From an uncultured Poribacteria bacterium (GTDB taxonomy: Bacteria > Poribacteria > WGA-4E > WGA-3G), in assembly GCA_951813565.1 (NCBI GenBank), contig OX638351.1, forward strand, positions 256,001 through 320,000: a DNA stretch of 64,000 bases, written 5' to 3'. Below are positions 28,952-38,856 of the stretch, piece after piece. The position numbers and the translations under genes were made by a program. The notes beneath the pieces were generated by a model that saw nothing but the letters and a program-made list of their open reading frames with translations, did not search any database and was not told the DNA's origin. The stretch's first letter is position 1. Each line of letters opens with the position of its first letter.

Positions 28952-29111
28952 ATAACCCAAGTTGCTACCTATATCGCGAATGCTCTTGTAGGAGGGGTTT
29001 CTAACCCCGATTTAGAAAAGAAAGCATAAGAATTAGCTGGAAATCCTTGTTTTTCAGTAAAAAGCAATGTCTGCAAGCTTGAAATCTTGTCCGTAGCAAC
29101 TTAGGTGATTA
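28952..29111. mobile_element. MITE-like element enclosing a GTAG REP
   Basis: ataacccaagttgctac / gtagcaacttaggtgattat inverted ends; gtaggaggggtttctaaccccgat inside. Confidence 0.55.
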
Positions 29112-29153
29112 TAGTGAAAAAGCAATTCAATGTCAAGCACAAACAATCGCATT

Positions 29154-30097
29154 CAGAGTTATTTAGTTTTCTATATTTCTGACGCATTTTATTACACGTG
29201 TTAATCCTTTATAACAGTATTGTAACGCGAGTGATAATTAATTTGATGAAAAACACAAGTATCGTCATCACCTCACTTATATGAAGTCTACAAGGACGAT
29301 TGCGCTTGTTAGAGGTATCACTATCCTTGAAGATTGAGAAACCATTGTTTTTGATAATAAGAAAAAAGTCGTGAATTTCACAGAAAAGTTGTATAATACA
29401 CATGGAGTCCTTCTTTGACAGAAAGGATTTAATTTCGTTATACATAGGAGTTTTCTTTTATCAAACCATTTTCTTACACTAAACTCACGTTATTGTGGTA
29501 TTGTAGGTTGGGTAGAGCGGAGCGAAACCCATAAATCAACGCTATGAATGCCCTTATGGCATTCAGCCAAATCAAGGCCAAATTCGCTTTTGGCCCTACA
29601 AGGTTTGACGGGATTTATCCCTTAAATTGACGCCTAATGAGTTTTGACGTTCAAATCGGGCAAACTTTCCTAATGAAGTAAGTTCGACATTAATATTAAA
29701 TATTAAAGGAAACGGAATGATGTTTCACGTCTATTACATTCAATAACAAATGTGTTCTTGCACGCCAGCGGCGTGCTATGAGGGATTGATCACATACCGC
29801 ACCCGCTAAATGCCTTGCGCGCATTTGGCGTTGATTCACGGAGCGGGGGTGCGGTGTGTGATGGTTGCTATAAACATATTGCTCCTACGGAGCAAAGTAT
29901 TTGTTTTGGTTTCTGGATTAGATAGACGTAAGCGAAACATAACATCTAAATTTTATTTCTTTTATCGAACTCACGTTAAATGAAATTACCTCTTTTGATT
30001 GTCAAAGTTCATTAGGGTAGAGTTTACGAAACCCAACGGACAATATAAACTTCGAGTAACACTCATTACTGAAAATCTTTAAAACTAAAATACCCTG
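29154..30097. mobile_element. Composite of decayed elements bounded by ISAs1-like CAGGG ends
   Basis: cagagttatttagtttt ... aaaactaaaataccctg; encloses an IS982 remnant, IS982 ends (~29490, ~29976), an IS4 end (~29620), REPs and three micro-insertions. Confidence 0.6.
29209..29490 (-). pseudogene. IS982 transposase 5' remnant with left end
   Basis: IIQLFCEIHDFF...RPCRLHISEVMTILVFF matches the N-terminus of 6897-7838; end motif aaactcacgt near 29481-29490. Confidence 0.8.
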
Positions 30098-30172
30098 AGT
30101 ATATTCAATAATATTGATTTTTTAGTCAATCTGTGATATAAAATCAGAAAAGTCTTTTGAAGAGGAATACCT

Positions 30173-31123
30173 GTGAAACTTGTTACATTCAAAAAGTCAT
30201 CGTTAGACGAACATTCCCGGCTTGGTGCATGGGTTGATGGTGATAAGATTATTGATCTTAACTTAGATGTCTCTGATATGCCTCAGTTTTTTGAACAGAA
30301 TTGCACCGCAGATGCACAAAAACGTATTGATACAGTCCAACAGCAACTCAGTGACGGTTCCAATTTGTCCGATGTTGTTTTCTCGGTTTCCGATGTTCAA
30401 TTGCTTGCGCCATTTCCACGTCCCGCGAGTTTGCGTGATTTCGGTGTGTTCAAAACGCACATGGACGCTGCCTCACGTATCACTGGAAAGGAAATATCTC
30501 CTGAATGGTTTAAATTACCGAACTATTATCGCGGCAGCACAAGTCCTGCTTCCATTGCCGGGCACGAAGCCGTAGTGACCTGGCCCAATTACACAGAAAA
30601 ACTTGATTTTGAACTGGAATGGGGCATCTATATCGGCAAAACAGGTAAGAACATCTCAATTGAAGAAGCCCCTGAGTACATTGCTGGATACACGGTTTAC
30701 AACGACATCAGTGCACGTGATATTCAATTCCGACACATGACACTTTCACTCGGTCCCGCCAAAGGCAAGGATTTTGACAACAGCAACATTATGGGTCCAT
30801 GCCTTGTAACACCAGATGAAATTGGTGATCCATATAATCTGAAAATGACAGCAAGAGTCAACGGAGAAGTTTGGGCAGAAGGTAATACATCAGATATGTA
30901 TTATTCTTTCGCAGAAATGGTCTCATTTGTTTCGCAGTCAGAAACACTATTTCCGGGAGAATTTTTAGGATCTGGTACTGTCGGAAATGGATGCGGTTGG
31001 GAGCTTGACCGATGGATTCAACCCGGGGACGTGATTGAACTTGAGGTTGAAAACGTCGGTGTATTGAGAAATAGAATCGGTGAACCAGAAGAAAACCCAG
31101 CGGCTTGGAAGGAAAAAGTATAA
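30173..31123 (+). CDS. Fumarylacetoacetate hydrolase family protein
   Basis: LDFELE, GYTVYNDISARDIQ, KGKDF, GPCLVTPDE, GSGT. Confidence 0.93.
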   Translation: MKLVTFKKSSLDEHSRLGAWVDGDKIIDLNLDVSDMPQFFEQNCTADAQKRIDTVQQQLSDGSNLSDVVFSVSDVQLLAPFPRPASLRDFGVFKTHMDAASRITGKEISPEWFKLPNYYRGSTSPASIAGHEAVVTWPNYTEKLDFELEWGIYIGKTGKNISIEEAPEYIAGYTVYNDISARDIQFRHMTLSLGPAKGKDFDNSNIMGPCLVTPDEIGDPYNLKMTARVNGEVWAEGNTSDMYYSFAEMVSFVSQSETLFPGEFLGSGTVGNGCGWELDRWIQPGDVIELEVENVGVLRNRIGEPEENPAAWKEKV

Positions 31124-31125
31124 CG

Positions 31126-31875
31126 GTGCGACTTAAAGATAAAGTTGCTATCATCACAGGTGCTGCATCTGGAATCGGCAAAGCTACCGCAAAACTTTTT
31201 GCTGAACACGGTGCAAAGGTCGTTATCGCTGATATTGATGAACATGGCGGGAGCCGGACCGTCACCGACATTCAAGACGCAGGTAACGAAGCAATATACG
31301 TAAAAACCGATGTGACAATTAAAAATGATACTGAACAGATGGTAAATCAAACCGTAAAAACTTACGGCAAACTTGATATTCTGTTCAATAATGCTGGCAT
31401 CGCAATGCGCTTGCCGGTTTCAGAACTCCCTGAAGAAGACTGGCACCGTTGTTTAGATGTGAATCTTACGGGTGTTTTCCTTTGCGCTAAAGCAGCAATT
31501 CCAGAAATGCAGAAAAACGGTGGCGGTTCCATCATCAATATGTCCTCCATTTACGGTATTGTTGGTGCAGATGTTCGCGCAGCGTATGTTGCATCCAAAG
31601 GCGCTGTTACAAACTTGACACGCGGCATGGCTCTTGATTACGCGGAAGACAATATCCGTGTAAATTGCATCTGTCCAGGTTTTGTGGAAACGCCTTTAGT
31701 CGCTGGAGTCATCAAAAACCCAGAAGAATATCAGAAACTTGCGAATAAACATCCGATGCGTAGACTTGGCCAACCTGAAGAAATTGCTTATGGTGCATTA
31801 TACCTTGCTTCCGATGAATCTGCGTTCGTTACAGGCATTGCACTGCCCATTGATGGAGGCTATACCGCAGGATAA
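31126..31875 (+). CDS. SDR family oxidoreductase
   Basis: TGAASGIG, NNAG, YVASK, IRVNCICPG, IDGG. Confidence 0.95.
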   Translation: MRLKDKVAIITGAASGIGKATAKLFAEHGAKVVIADIDEHGGSRTVTDIQDAGNEAIYVKTDVTIKNDTEQMVNQTVKTYGKLDILFNNAGIAMRLPVSELPEEDWHRCLDVNLTGVFLCAKAAIPEMQKNGGGSIINMSSIYGIVGADVRAAYVASKGAVTNLTRGMALDYAEDNIRVNCICPGFVETPLVAGVIKNPEEYQKLANKHPMRRLGQPEEIAYGALYLASDESAFVTGIALPIDGGYTAG

Positions 31876-31981
31876 ATATAGTAAAAATATGTAATATGTT
31901 GAGCAACTAAACTGATAAACCTTCAAAGTAAATCTAATAATAGGTTGAGGCAATATGCTTTAGCCTTTTGCAGGTGAATTA

Positions 31982-34645
31982 ATGCGTAAGTTTTCCGTAT
32001 TGGCTTTTCTCATATTACTACTCAACAGTGCATATTTATTCAGTTTTGGTGAACCCACTCTTTTCTACATTTTAAACATCCTTTTCCATATTGGACTCGG
32101 AATTCTTCTCATAATTCCGTTCACTGTCTATCTCTATCAAAAATCAAAAAACATCTCATACATTGGACGTATTGGCATTTTCGGGTTAATTGTTGGTATC
32201 ATTAGCGGCGGTTATCTGATGGTCGTCGGTGCGACTACGTCGTATCGCTGGCTTCTCATTTCACACATTATCAGTATAAGCATTGGAAGTCTCCTTTTTT
32301 GCATTCACTTGTTGAAGGACAGTACTAATCTTTCACCAATGTTCAAAAAAGTAATTGTTGGCGTATTAGTTGGGGTTGTGTTCTTCCCGATTGGCGCAAA
32401 ACTTTCGCAACGCTATTTCCCAAATGCGGAGTATCTCGTTAAAAATCCTGCACTTCCACCAACAAGTATGTACGAGGAAGGTGGCGGAACAACCGGGCAC
32501 TTTTTCCCAGCATCCGTTGAAACTGAAACGGGGAACCTGATTCCGACAGATTTCTTTCTCACATCCGAGACTTGTGCCACAAAGGGGTGTCATCCCGATA
32601 TTTTTCGGCAGTGGAACGAATCTGCTCACCATTTTTCTTCTTTCAATAACCAGTGGTACCGAAAGTCAATCGTCTACATGCAGGAAGTGAACGGCATTGA
32701 ACCTTCTAAATGGTGCGGAGGATGCCATGATCCAGCGATTTTACTCAACGGTATGATGGATAGACCGATTGAGGAAAATCTGCATACGCCTGCTGCGCAA
32801 GCTGGGTTAGCCTGTACCGCATGCCACTCTATTGAAAGCGTAAAAGATACAATGGGAAACAGTGGATATGTGATTAAATATCCACCTTTGCATGACATAG
32901 CCTCAAGCGACAATCGTATCATCCGAAGTTTACACAATTATCTCATTCGTCTTGACCCTGAACCACACAAAAAGAGTTTTCTTAAACCTTTCCACCGCGA
33001 CAATACAGCAGAATTTTGTTCAACTTGCCATAAGGTGCATCTGGATTTTCCTGTCAATAATTTCAAATGGGTACGTGGTTTTAACGATTATGATCAGTGG
33101 CAAAAAAGTGGTATTTCCCAGCAAGGTGCACTCTCATTTTACTATCCCGAAAAAGCTAAGAAATGTGCTGATTGCCACATGCCGCTCGTAGATTCTACAG
33201 ATGCAGGAAATATCAACGGTAAAATTCATAGCCACCGTTTTCCTGCTGCGAACACTGCACTCCCCTTTGTAAATAAACATGAAGAACAGCTCCAAACCGT
33301 AATAGACTTTTTGCAGAATGATGTAATAACGTTAGATATGTTTGCGAATGGTATGCCGATTCCAAAAAACGGAATTGAAGTGACGCGAGGTGAAGACCCT
33401 CTCATTGAGGTTGTGGTGCGAACGCGAGGTGTCGGTCATCAATTCCCTGCTGGAACAATTGATGCATTTGATATTTGGCTTGAGGTGAAAGCCACCGACG
33501 AAAACGGAAAAATTGTATTCTGGAACGGCAGGATCGATGCGCCTGATGGAAACGGACCTGTCGATCCGAGCGCGCATTTTTATCGTGCTTATATGTTGGA
33601 TGCACACGGCAACCTAATCAATAAACGAAATGCGTGGGCAATGCGGACTGTGCTGTATTCACGTACTATCCCACCTGGTGCTGCCGATACTGTTAGGTAT
33701 CGCCTGGAAATTCCATCCGATTGTGGAGACACTCTCTTCGTAGAAGCGAAACTGAATTATCGTAAATTTAACTGGTGGCATACGCAGTGGGCTTATGCTG
33801 GTGTTCGTGACCCCGAAGATACAGATTTTCAAGTGGATAAAGGCTACGACGATGGTAAGTGGGTTTGGACAGGCGATACATCCGATGTTGCTGGTAAAAT
33901 CAAAGCTATTCCGAATCTACCAATTACTATGATGGCAGAGGCAAAAGCAACGCTTCATGTGATGACATCATCACAAAATATGCCGAAACAAAAAAGAGAA
34001 GTGGCAAATGCGCGTGAACGTTGGAACGATTACGGCATCGGACTTCTCCTACAAGGTGATCTTAGAGCAGCGCAGGGAGCTTTTAGGAAAGTAACCAAAA
34101 TTGACCCTGACTACATGGATGGGTGGGTGAATATCGCACGATGTAACATCAAAGAAGGGGATATGCGCGGTGCCGAAACTATGCTTGACAAGGCGTTTGA
34201 GATTCAGAAAACATTGCCTTCAGAAAGCCTACATCGCGCAAAGGTTAACTATTTTTATGCCCTCGTTCAAGAGTCTTATGGAAACTATGACATAGCAATT
34301 CAGCATCTCCAACTTGCTGTCTCGCAATTCCCCCGTGATACCCGTGTTCGTAACGAATTGGGACGCATGTACTTTCTAAAACGTGAGTATGAATCTGCTT
34401 TAGGACATTTCCAGAAGACGCTTGAGGTTGATCCGGAAGATGTGGATGCACATTACAATATGATGCGGTGCTATCGCGCACTCAAGAATCCTTCTATGGC
34501 TGAGAAATCACAAAAGCTATACCTACGATTTAAGGCGGATGAGTCCGTTGATGCAATTACTGGCATTGCTCGTCGCGCTGACCCTGATGCCAATAGAGAA
34601 CGGCAGCCAATCCATGAACACGTAAATAGTTATTTCACTGATTAG
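31982..34645 (+). CDS. Membrane-anchored multiheme cytochrome c (c554-like) with C-terminal TPRs
   Basis: About five N-terminal TM helices; CATKGCH, CGGCH, CTACH, CSTCH, CADCH; VGHQFP; TPR tail. Confidence 0.85.
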   Translation: MRKFSVLAFLILLLNSAYLFSFGEPTLFYILNILFHIGLGILLIIPFTVYLYQKSKNISYIGRIGIFGLIVGIISGGYLMVVGATTSYRWLLISHIISISIGSLLFCIHLLKDSTNLSPMFKKVIVGVLVGVVFFPIGAKLSQRYFPNAEYLVKNPALPPTSMYEEGGGTTGHFFPASVETETGNLIPTDFFLTSETCATKGCHPDIFRQWNESAHHFSSFNNQWYRKSIVYMQEVNGIEPSKWCGGCHDPAILLNGMMDRPIEENLHTPAAQAGLACTACHSIESVKDTMGNSGYVIKYPPLHDIASSDNRIIRSLHNYLIRLDPEPHKKSFLKPFHRDNTAEFCSTCHKVHLDFPVNNFKWVRGFNDYDQWQKSGISQQGALSFYYPEKAKKCADCHMPLVDSTDAGNINGKIHSHRFPAANTALPFVNKHEEQLQTVIDFLQNDVITLDMFANGMPIPKNGIEVTRGEDPLIEVVVRTRGVGHQFPAGTIDAFDIWLEVKATDENGKIVFWNGRIDAPDGNGPVDPSAHFYRAYMLDAHGNLINKRNAWAMRTVLYSRTIPPGAADTVRYRLEIPSDCGDTLFVEAKLNYRKFNWWHTQWAYAGVRDPEDTDFQVDKGYDDGKWVWTGDTSDVAGKIKAIPNLPITMMAEAKATLHVMTSSQNMPKQKREVANARERWNDYGIGLLLQGDLRAAQGAFRKVTKIDPDYMDGWVNIARCNIKEGDMRGAETMLDKAFEIQKTLPSESLHRAKVNYFYALVQESYGNYDIAIQHLQLAVSQFPRDTRVRNELGRMYFLKREYESALGHFQKTLEVDPEDVDAHYNMMRCYRALKNPSMAEKSQKLYLRFKADESVDAITGIARRADPDANRERQPIHEHVNSYFTD

Positions 34646-34766
34646 GAATTGATTGAACCACGAAGTGAAATAACGGTGCTGGGATTATTCTTGTCAAAAT
34701 TATAAGAGTATGTTAGTATCTCTGCATAGTTGATTGCCTTTCATACATTAAAATAAGGAGACGGAT

Positions 34767-35189
34767 ATGGCAGTATTTCTACATACACGGGTTCGCGTCA
34801 GCGACCTTGATAACTCTATTCAATGGTATTGCGACCATTTGGGGTTCAAAGTTTTGAGTCGGAGCGATAAATCCCCGGCAGGTAACCAAATTGTGCATCT
34901 TGAACTTCCGGGCAATGCACACACATTGGAGTTAACCTATTCACCCGATTTTGATCTTCAGGTACAGGAAGACCTGATGCATTTTGCTATCGGTGTTCCA
35001 GATATTGTCGAATTTTGTGACGGTTTGGAGAAAGCTGGATTAGAGATTTGGCCGGACGAGTGGCGCAAACAGTTTACTTCCGGTGGCATGAAGATGGCGT
35101 TTATTACCGATCCCGATGGATATGAGGTTGAGTTGTTGGAACGGAAAGATACTTCGGGCGACCCGCTTGATGTTCTTGAAGAATCCTAA
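34767..35189 (+). CDS. VOC/glyoxalase I family protein
   Basis: FLHTRVRVSDL, LELT, HFAIGV, FITDPDGYEVELLE. Confidence 0.9.
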   Translation: MAVFLHTRVRVSDLDNSIQWYCDHLGFKVLSRSDKSPAGNQIVHLELPGNAHTLELTYSPDFDLQVQEDLMHFAIGVPDIVEFCDGLEKAGLEIWPDEWRKQFTSGGMKMAFITDPDGYEVELLERKDTSGDPLDVLEES

Positions 35190-35231
35190 TCTATCTTTAA
35201 ATATAGAGATCCGTTTGTAAGCGCGCCGATT

Positions 35232-35507
35232 TATAGTAAACCTATAATTAATGGGACACTTCTGTAGCGCAAACTTTATGAAGATTAAAAAATAAATTCG
35301 GTATTTTCCTTAGTCCCGTAGGGACGATATGTTTATAGAAAACGTTGCGGACACGCTCTTTAGTCCCGACATATTCAGAATATACCTAACAAGAAATTAC
35401 CGAATTAAAAAATTAATCTTCATAAAATTTGTGCTACAACTTCTGTTGTCCGTTATGTTTCCAAAATAAGTTTATCAAGCGTCCCAATAATTTCAAAGTT
35501 CACTATA
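35232..35507. mobile_element. Nested MITE stack (three concentric inverted-repeat pairs)
   Basis: tatagtaaac..gggac / gtccc..gttcactata; gtagcgcaaactttatgaagattaa / ttaatcttcataaaatttgtgctac; aattcggtattttc / gaaattaccgaatt; central agtcccgtagggacg. Confidence 0.7.
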
Positions 35508-35517
35508 AAATGAAGTT

Positions 35518-36333
35518 TTAGGCATAAGGCCAGAACTGATTCCACGCTGTCATCCAATCTTTTGCGCGGCTCTCAGCTGTGACGGGACCCGTTATTTCAA
35601 CGCCTGGTCTCCCTTTGAAGTCAGCAAGTTTATCTACACTGGAAACTTCAATTTTGATTGTAGTGGGTTGAGCAGGCACATAAGGACGAACCCTTGTTAA
35701 ATCTGAGAGAGCATCTTTGGTTGCGTCTTCTATCATTTGACGGGCACGAACTGGTGGGATTTGTCTTGCGCTGTACCGGCTGAGTCCTTTTTTAACGGCA
35801 ACAGTTGGCAGCGTGTCCCCGAGCAGTTCTTTAGCTTCCCTACACACTGCAGTATCACCTGTGACAAGCACAATCGGAACGCCAAAATGCCCGTTAAGCG
35901 CTGCATTTACACCGGTTTCCCCTACAAGATCATCGTTGAACCAAAGATTCCGATATTGGACGGTAGAAATAGTATGGCACAGCACACCATCGGGAGTACC
36001 ACTTCGGGCATGCATCCCGATGAGCAAACAAGCATCGCACCCATCTTTCCACATGTCGTCAAACCGTCCCCATCCGTGGTGTGCCACCCATTCACAATCC
36101 GGATGTATTTTGTCTGGGATAAGCGAATTAAATGTCCAGCCTCGCCCGGCACCATGGCAATCAACAACGACGATCTCCGTAGCACCAGCAGCTTTAGCAC
36201 CGCGCACCGCAGCGTTAATCTCTTCAGTGTAGAGAAGTCTGCCCTCTTCAAACATCGCAGCGCCGCCATCAACTTGATCCCATACAACGATGCCGCTTAC
36301 GCCCTCCATATCAGACATAATCAAAACTCGCAC
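35518..36333 (-). CDS. dppA: M55 family D-aminopeptidase (DppA-like)
   Basis: SDMEG, VVDCHG, IGMHA, GVLCHT, GET, VTGD. Confidence 0.92.
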   Translation of the reverse strand: MRVLIMSDMEGVSGIVVWDQVDGGAAMFEEGRLLYTEEINAAVRGAKAAGATEIVVVDCHGAGRGWTFNSLIPDKIHPDCEWVAHHGWGRFDDMWKDGCDACLLIGMHARSGTPDGVLCHTISTVQYRNLWFNDDLVGETGVNAALNGHFGVPIVLVTGDTAVCREAKELLGDTLPTVAVKKGLSRYSARQIPPVRARQMIEDATKDALSDLTRVRPYVPAQPTTIKIEVSSVDKLADFKGRPGVEITGPVTAESRAKDWMTAWNQFWPYA

Positions 36334-36486
36334 AGTTCTATTTCCTTCTTTGTATTAAGTTAGTGTGTTTTAGTTTGAGTATAAATCAGTTGCTGTTAAA
36401 TTGCAAGCGCAAATTGGATCAGTAAAGTTAGGATACGGTAGGGATGGCAAAAGAATTGTTTATACAGCAGAGCAGTAAGGATATGA

Positions 36487-37875
36487 ATGAATAAAACACG
36501 GGGTGATTTGACTCAAGGTAGCCTGCTACGCCATCTGTTACAGCTTGCAGTGCCGATAACGTTCGGTTATATTCTCCAAGACACATTCAATATTGTTGAT
36601 ATGATTTTTGTTGGCAGATTAGGGCCAGCTGCAATCGCAGCCGTTGGGGTAAGCGGTAATTTGTTAAGGTTAATTGCTGTTTTTTCGCTCGGTATCTCAA
36701 CCGGTGCGGGGATTATGGTGGCACAATACTTGGGAGCAAGGAATCACGCGCAAGCCGGACACGTGGCAATGCAGGCAATTCTATTAGCATTTTTCTTTGC
36801 CATCGGTATCGGTATTGTCGGCTACCCATTAGCAGAATTTGGTTTACGGGCTGTCCGAACAACTGATCTGGAGGTGATACAACTCGGCACAACTTACATG
36901 CATATTATTCTTGTTGGTATCAGCACGATGTTTTTGTCAATGACACTTGGCTCAATATTCCGTGCTGGTGGTGATGCTATTACCCCGATGGTAGTGTTAA
37001 TTTTATCCACGTTGATTAACATTGTACTTGATCCGCTGTTAATTTTTGGACTATGGAAATTCCCGAAACTGGGTGTAGCAGGTTCAGCTTACGCAACGCT
37101 CATTGGCAGAGGCATCGGTGTCATTATTCTACTTTTTCTATGTTTCAGCGGACGCGCCCCAATATCCTTACGAAACGTACAATTTCGCTCTGATCTCGTA
37201 GAAATGCTTGACATTTTACGATTAGGCATTTATAGTTCTATGCAAGGTTTCTGGCGACATTTATCTCGCCTCGGTTTCCTGTGGGTTATAGGTCCCTACG
37301 GCAAATATGCAGTTGCTGCCTATACCATCTGCATGCGTCTCCGAATACTGGTAATGAACCCAGGTTTTGGAATTGCGAATGCTGTTGCCCCTGTAGTCGG
37401 ACAGAATTTAGGTGCAAATCAGATAGAACGCGCAGAAAAATCGGCTAAAGTGGGAAATATGTTAGGGACAACGGTTATGGCAGGTATTGGTGCGCTTTTC
37501 CTCATTTTTCCGGAGATGTTTATTCAGATTTTTACCAATGACTTAGAAGTTATAAAAATTGGATCTGTTTACCTTCAGTTTCTATCGCTCACATTTGGAT
37601 TTATAGCATTTTCCTTAGTATTGGGCAAAGCACTTAACGGTGCAGGCGATACCCTTTCACCAATGATTATTACCCTCGCTGCTCAGATGGGAGTCGGTTT
37701 AGGGCTTGTTATTTTATTGTCACATTATATCGGGCTGAAAGGCGTTTGGATCGGAATTGCACTTTCAAATGTAGTACAAGGTGCAGCTATGTGGCTTTGG
37801 TATCGAACCGGAAATTGGAAAACAATAAAGATTGTCAAAAATGGTAGAGGAAATGCTACCAGAAAGGTGGTTTGA
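36487..37875 (+). CDS. MATE family efflux transporter
   Basis: DLTQG, DMIFVGRLG, AQYLGA, NIVLDPLLIFG, GQNLGA, NGAGDT. Confidence 0.95.
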   Translation: MNKTRGDLTQGSLLRHLLQLAVPITFGYILQDTFNIVDMIFVGRLGPAAIAAVGVSGNLLRLIAVFSLGISTGAGIMVAQYLGARNHAQAGHVAMQAILLAFFFAIGIGIVGYPLAEFGLRAVRTTDLEVIQLGTTYMHIILVGISTMFLSMTLGSIFRAGGDAITPMVVLILSTLINIVLDPLLIFGLWKFPKLGVAGSAYATLIGRGIGVIILLFLCFSGRAPISLRNVQFRSDLVEMLDILRLGIYSSMQGFWRHLSRLGFLWVIGPYGKYAVAAYTICMRLRILVMNPGFGIANAVAPVVGQNLGANQIERAEKSAKVGNMLGTTVMAGIGALFLIFPEMFIQIFTNDLEVIKIGSVYLQFLSLTFGFIAFSLVLGKALNGAGDTLSPMIITLAAQMGVGLGLVILLSHYIGLKGVWIGIALSNVVQGAAMWLWYRTGNWKTIKIVKNGRGNATRKVV

Positions 37876-37877
37876 AA

Positions 37878-38714
37878 ATGGCGTACAAAGGTTATGAAAA
37901 CCCTCAACTCGTAATTTCAGTTGAGGAATTGAAAAGCAATCTTGACGATGCAACGTTTTGTATCGTTGATACACGTCCGACGCATGAATATCAACGCGGA
38001 CATATCCCAGGCGCGCTTCATCTTGATCTGTTTGGGTTGAGCCTCATCAATACCCGCAAAGAGACATTTGATACTTTTATGTGGATGATTGCTTACCTGT
38101 TTCAACAACGAGGTCTTGACCACGCTAAAACAATTATATGGTATGAAAACATTTCAGGAACACGTGCCTCACGCGGATTATGGTTTTGTGAGTATTTGGG
38201 TCATTCTGATGTCCGTTTACTTGATGGCGGTTTCAAAGCATGGGTAGCCGCAGACGGTCCGGTCAGCACTGAAGGCGTTGAACCGCCTGAAGTGCCACAA
38301 TTTCCGATAGAAGCAAAACGTAGTATACACATGGATGCGGATGTAATTCGTGCATCACTAAACCAAGAAGATTTCATTTCCTTGGATACCCGTACAGATG
38401 ATGAACACTACGGGAGGGTTGCTCGCGCTGAACGCGCAGGTGCAATTCCCAGTTCTATCCATATAGAGTGGCTCAAAAACCTTGATGAAAACGGCGCATT
38501 TAAATCCGCAGATGAACTCAAGCAAATGTATGAATCAGTTGGGATCACGCCTGAAAAACAGGTAATGTGTTACTGACAGGGTGGTTACCGCTCTTCCCAA
38601 ACCTATTTGGCGTTGCGGCTTATCGGTTATCCGAAAGTAAGCAACTACATTGGGTCTTGGAAAGAGTGGGGAGACCGGCTGGATTTGCCGGTTGAAATAC
38701 CTAAGGAAAAGTGA
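37878..38714 (+). CDS. Tandem-domain rhodanese/sulfurtransferase, probable selenoprotein (TGA 38574-38576)
   Basis: [25 protein letters not shown]; the frame continues past TGA as [33 protein letters not shown] to stop at 38712-38714. Confidence 0.88.
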
Positions 38715-38749
38715 GTTTATAGTAAAATCAAAATATGTGTACATTCTTG

Positions 38750-38837
38750 GTAGGTTCGGTGAATCAACGCCAAATACGCCAAATGCCATACGCGCATTTG
38801 GCGTATTTGGCGTATTTGGCGGGAAACCGAACCTACC
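38750..38837. repeat. REP hairpin interrupted by an expanded AATCAAC micro-insertion
   Basis: gtaggttcgg [tgaatcaac gccaaatac gccaaatgc catacgc gcatttggc gtatttggc gtatttggc] gggaaaccgaacctac. Confidence 0.8.
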
Positions 38838-38856
38838 GCCCCAGCTAATAGAGCGA

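Noticed and set aside
35737..36363. 208-aa ORF antisense to dppA
   Set aside because: Shadow frame with no recognisable motifs.
38574..38576. Genome-wide TGA reassignment
   Set aside because: Other genes end in TGA at expected positions with coupled downstream starts (rsmE, Rrf2), and Trp is encoded by TGG.
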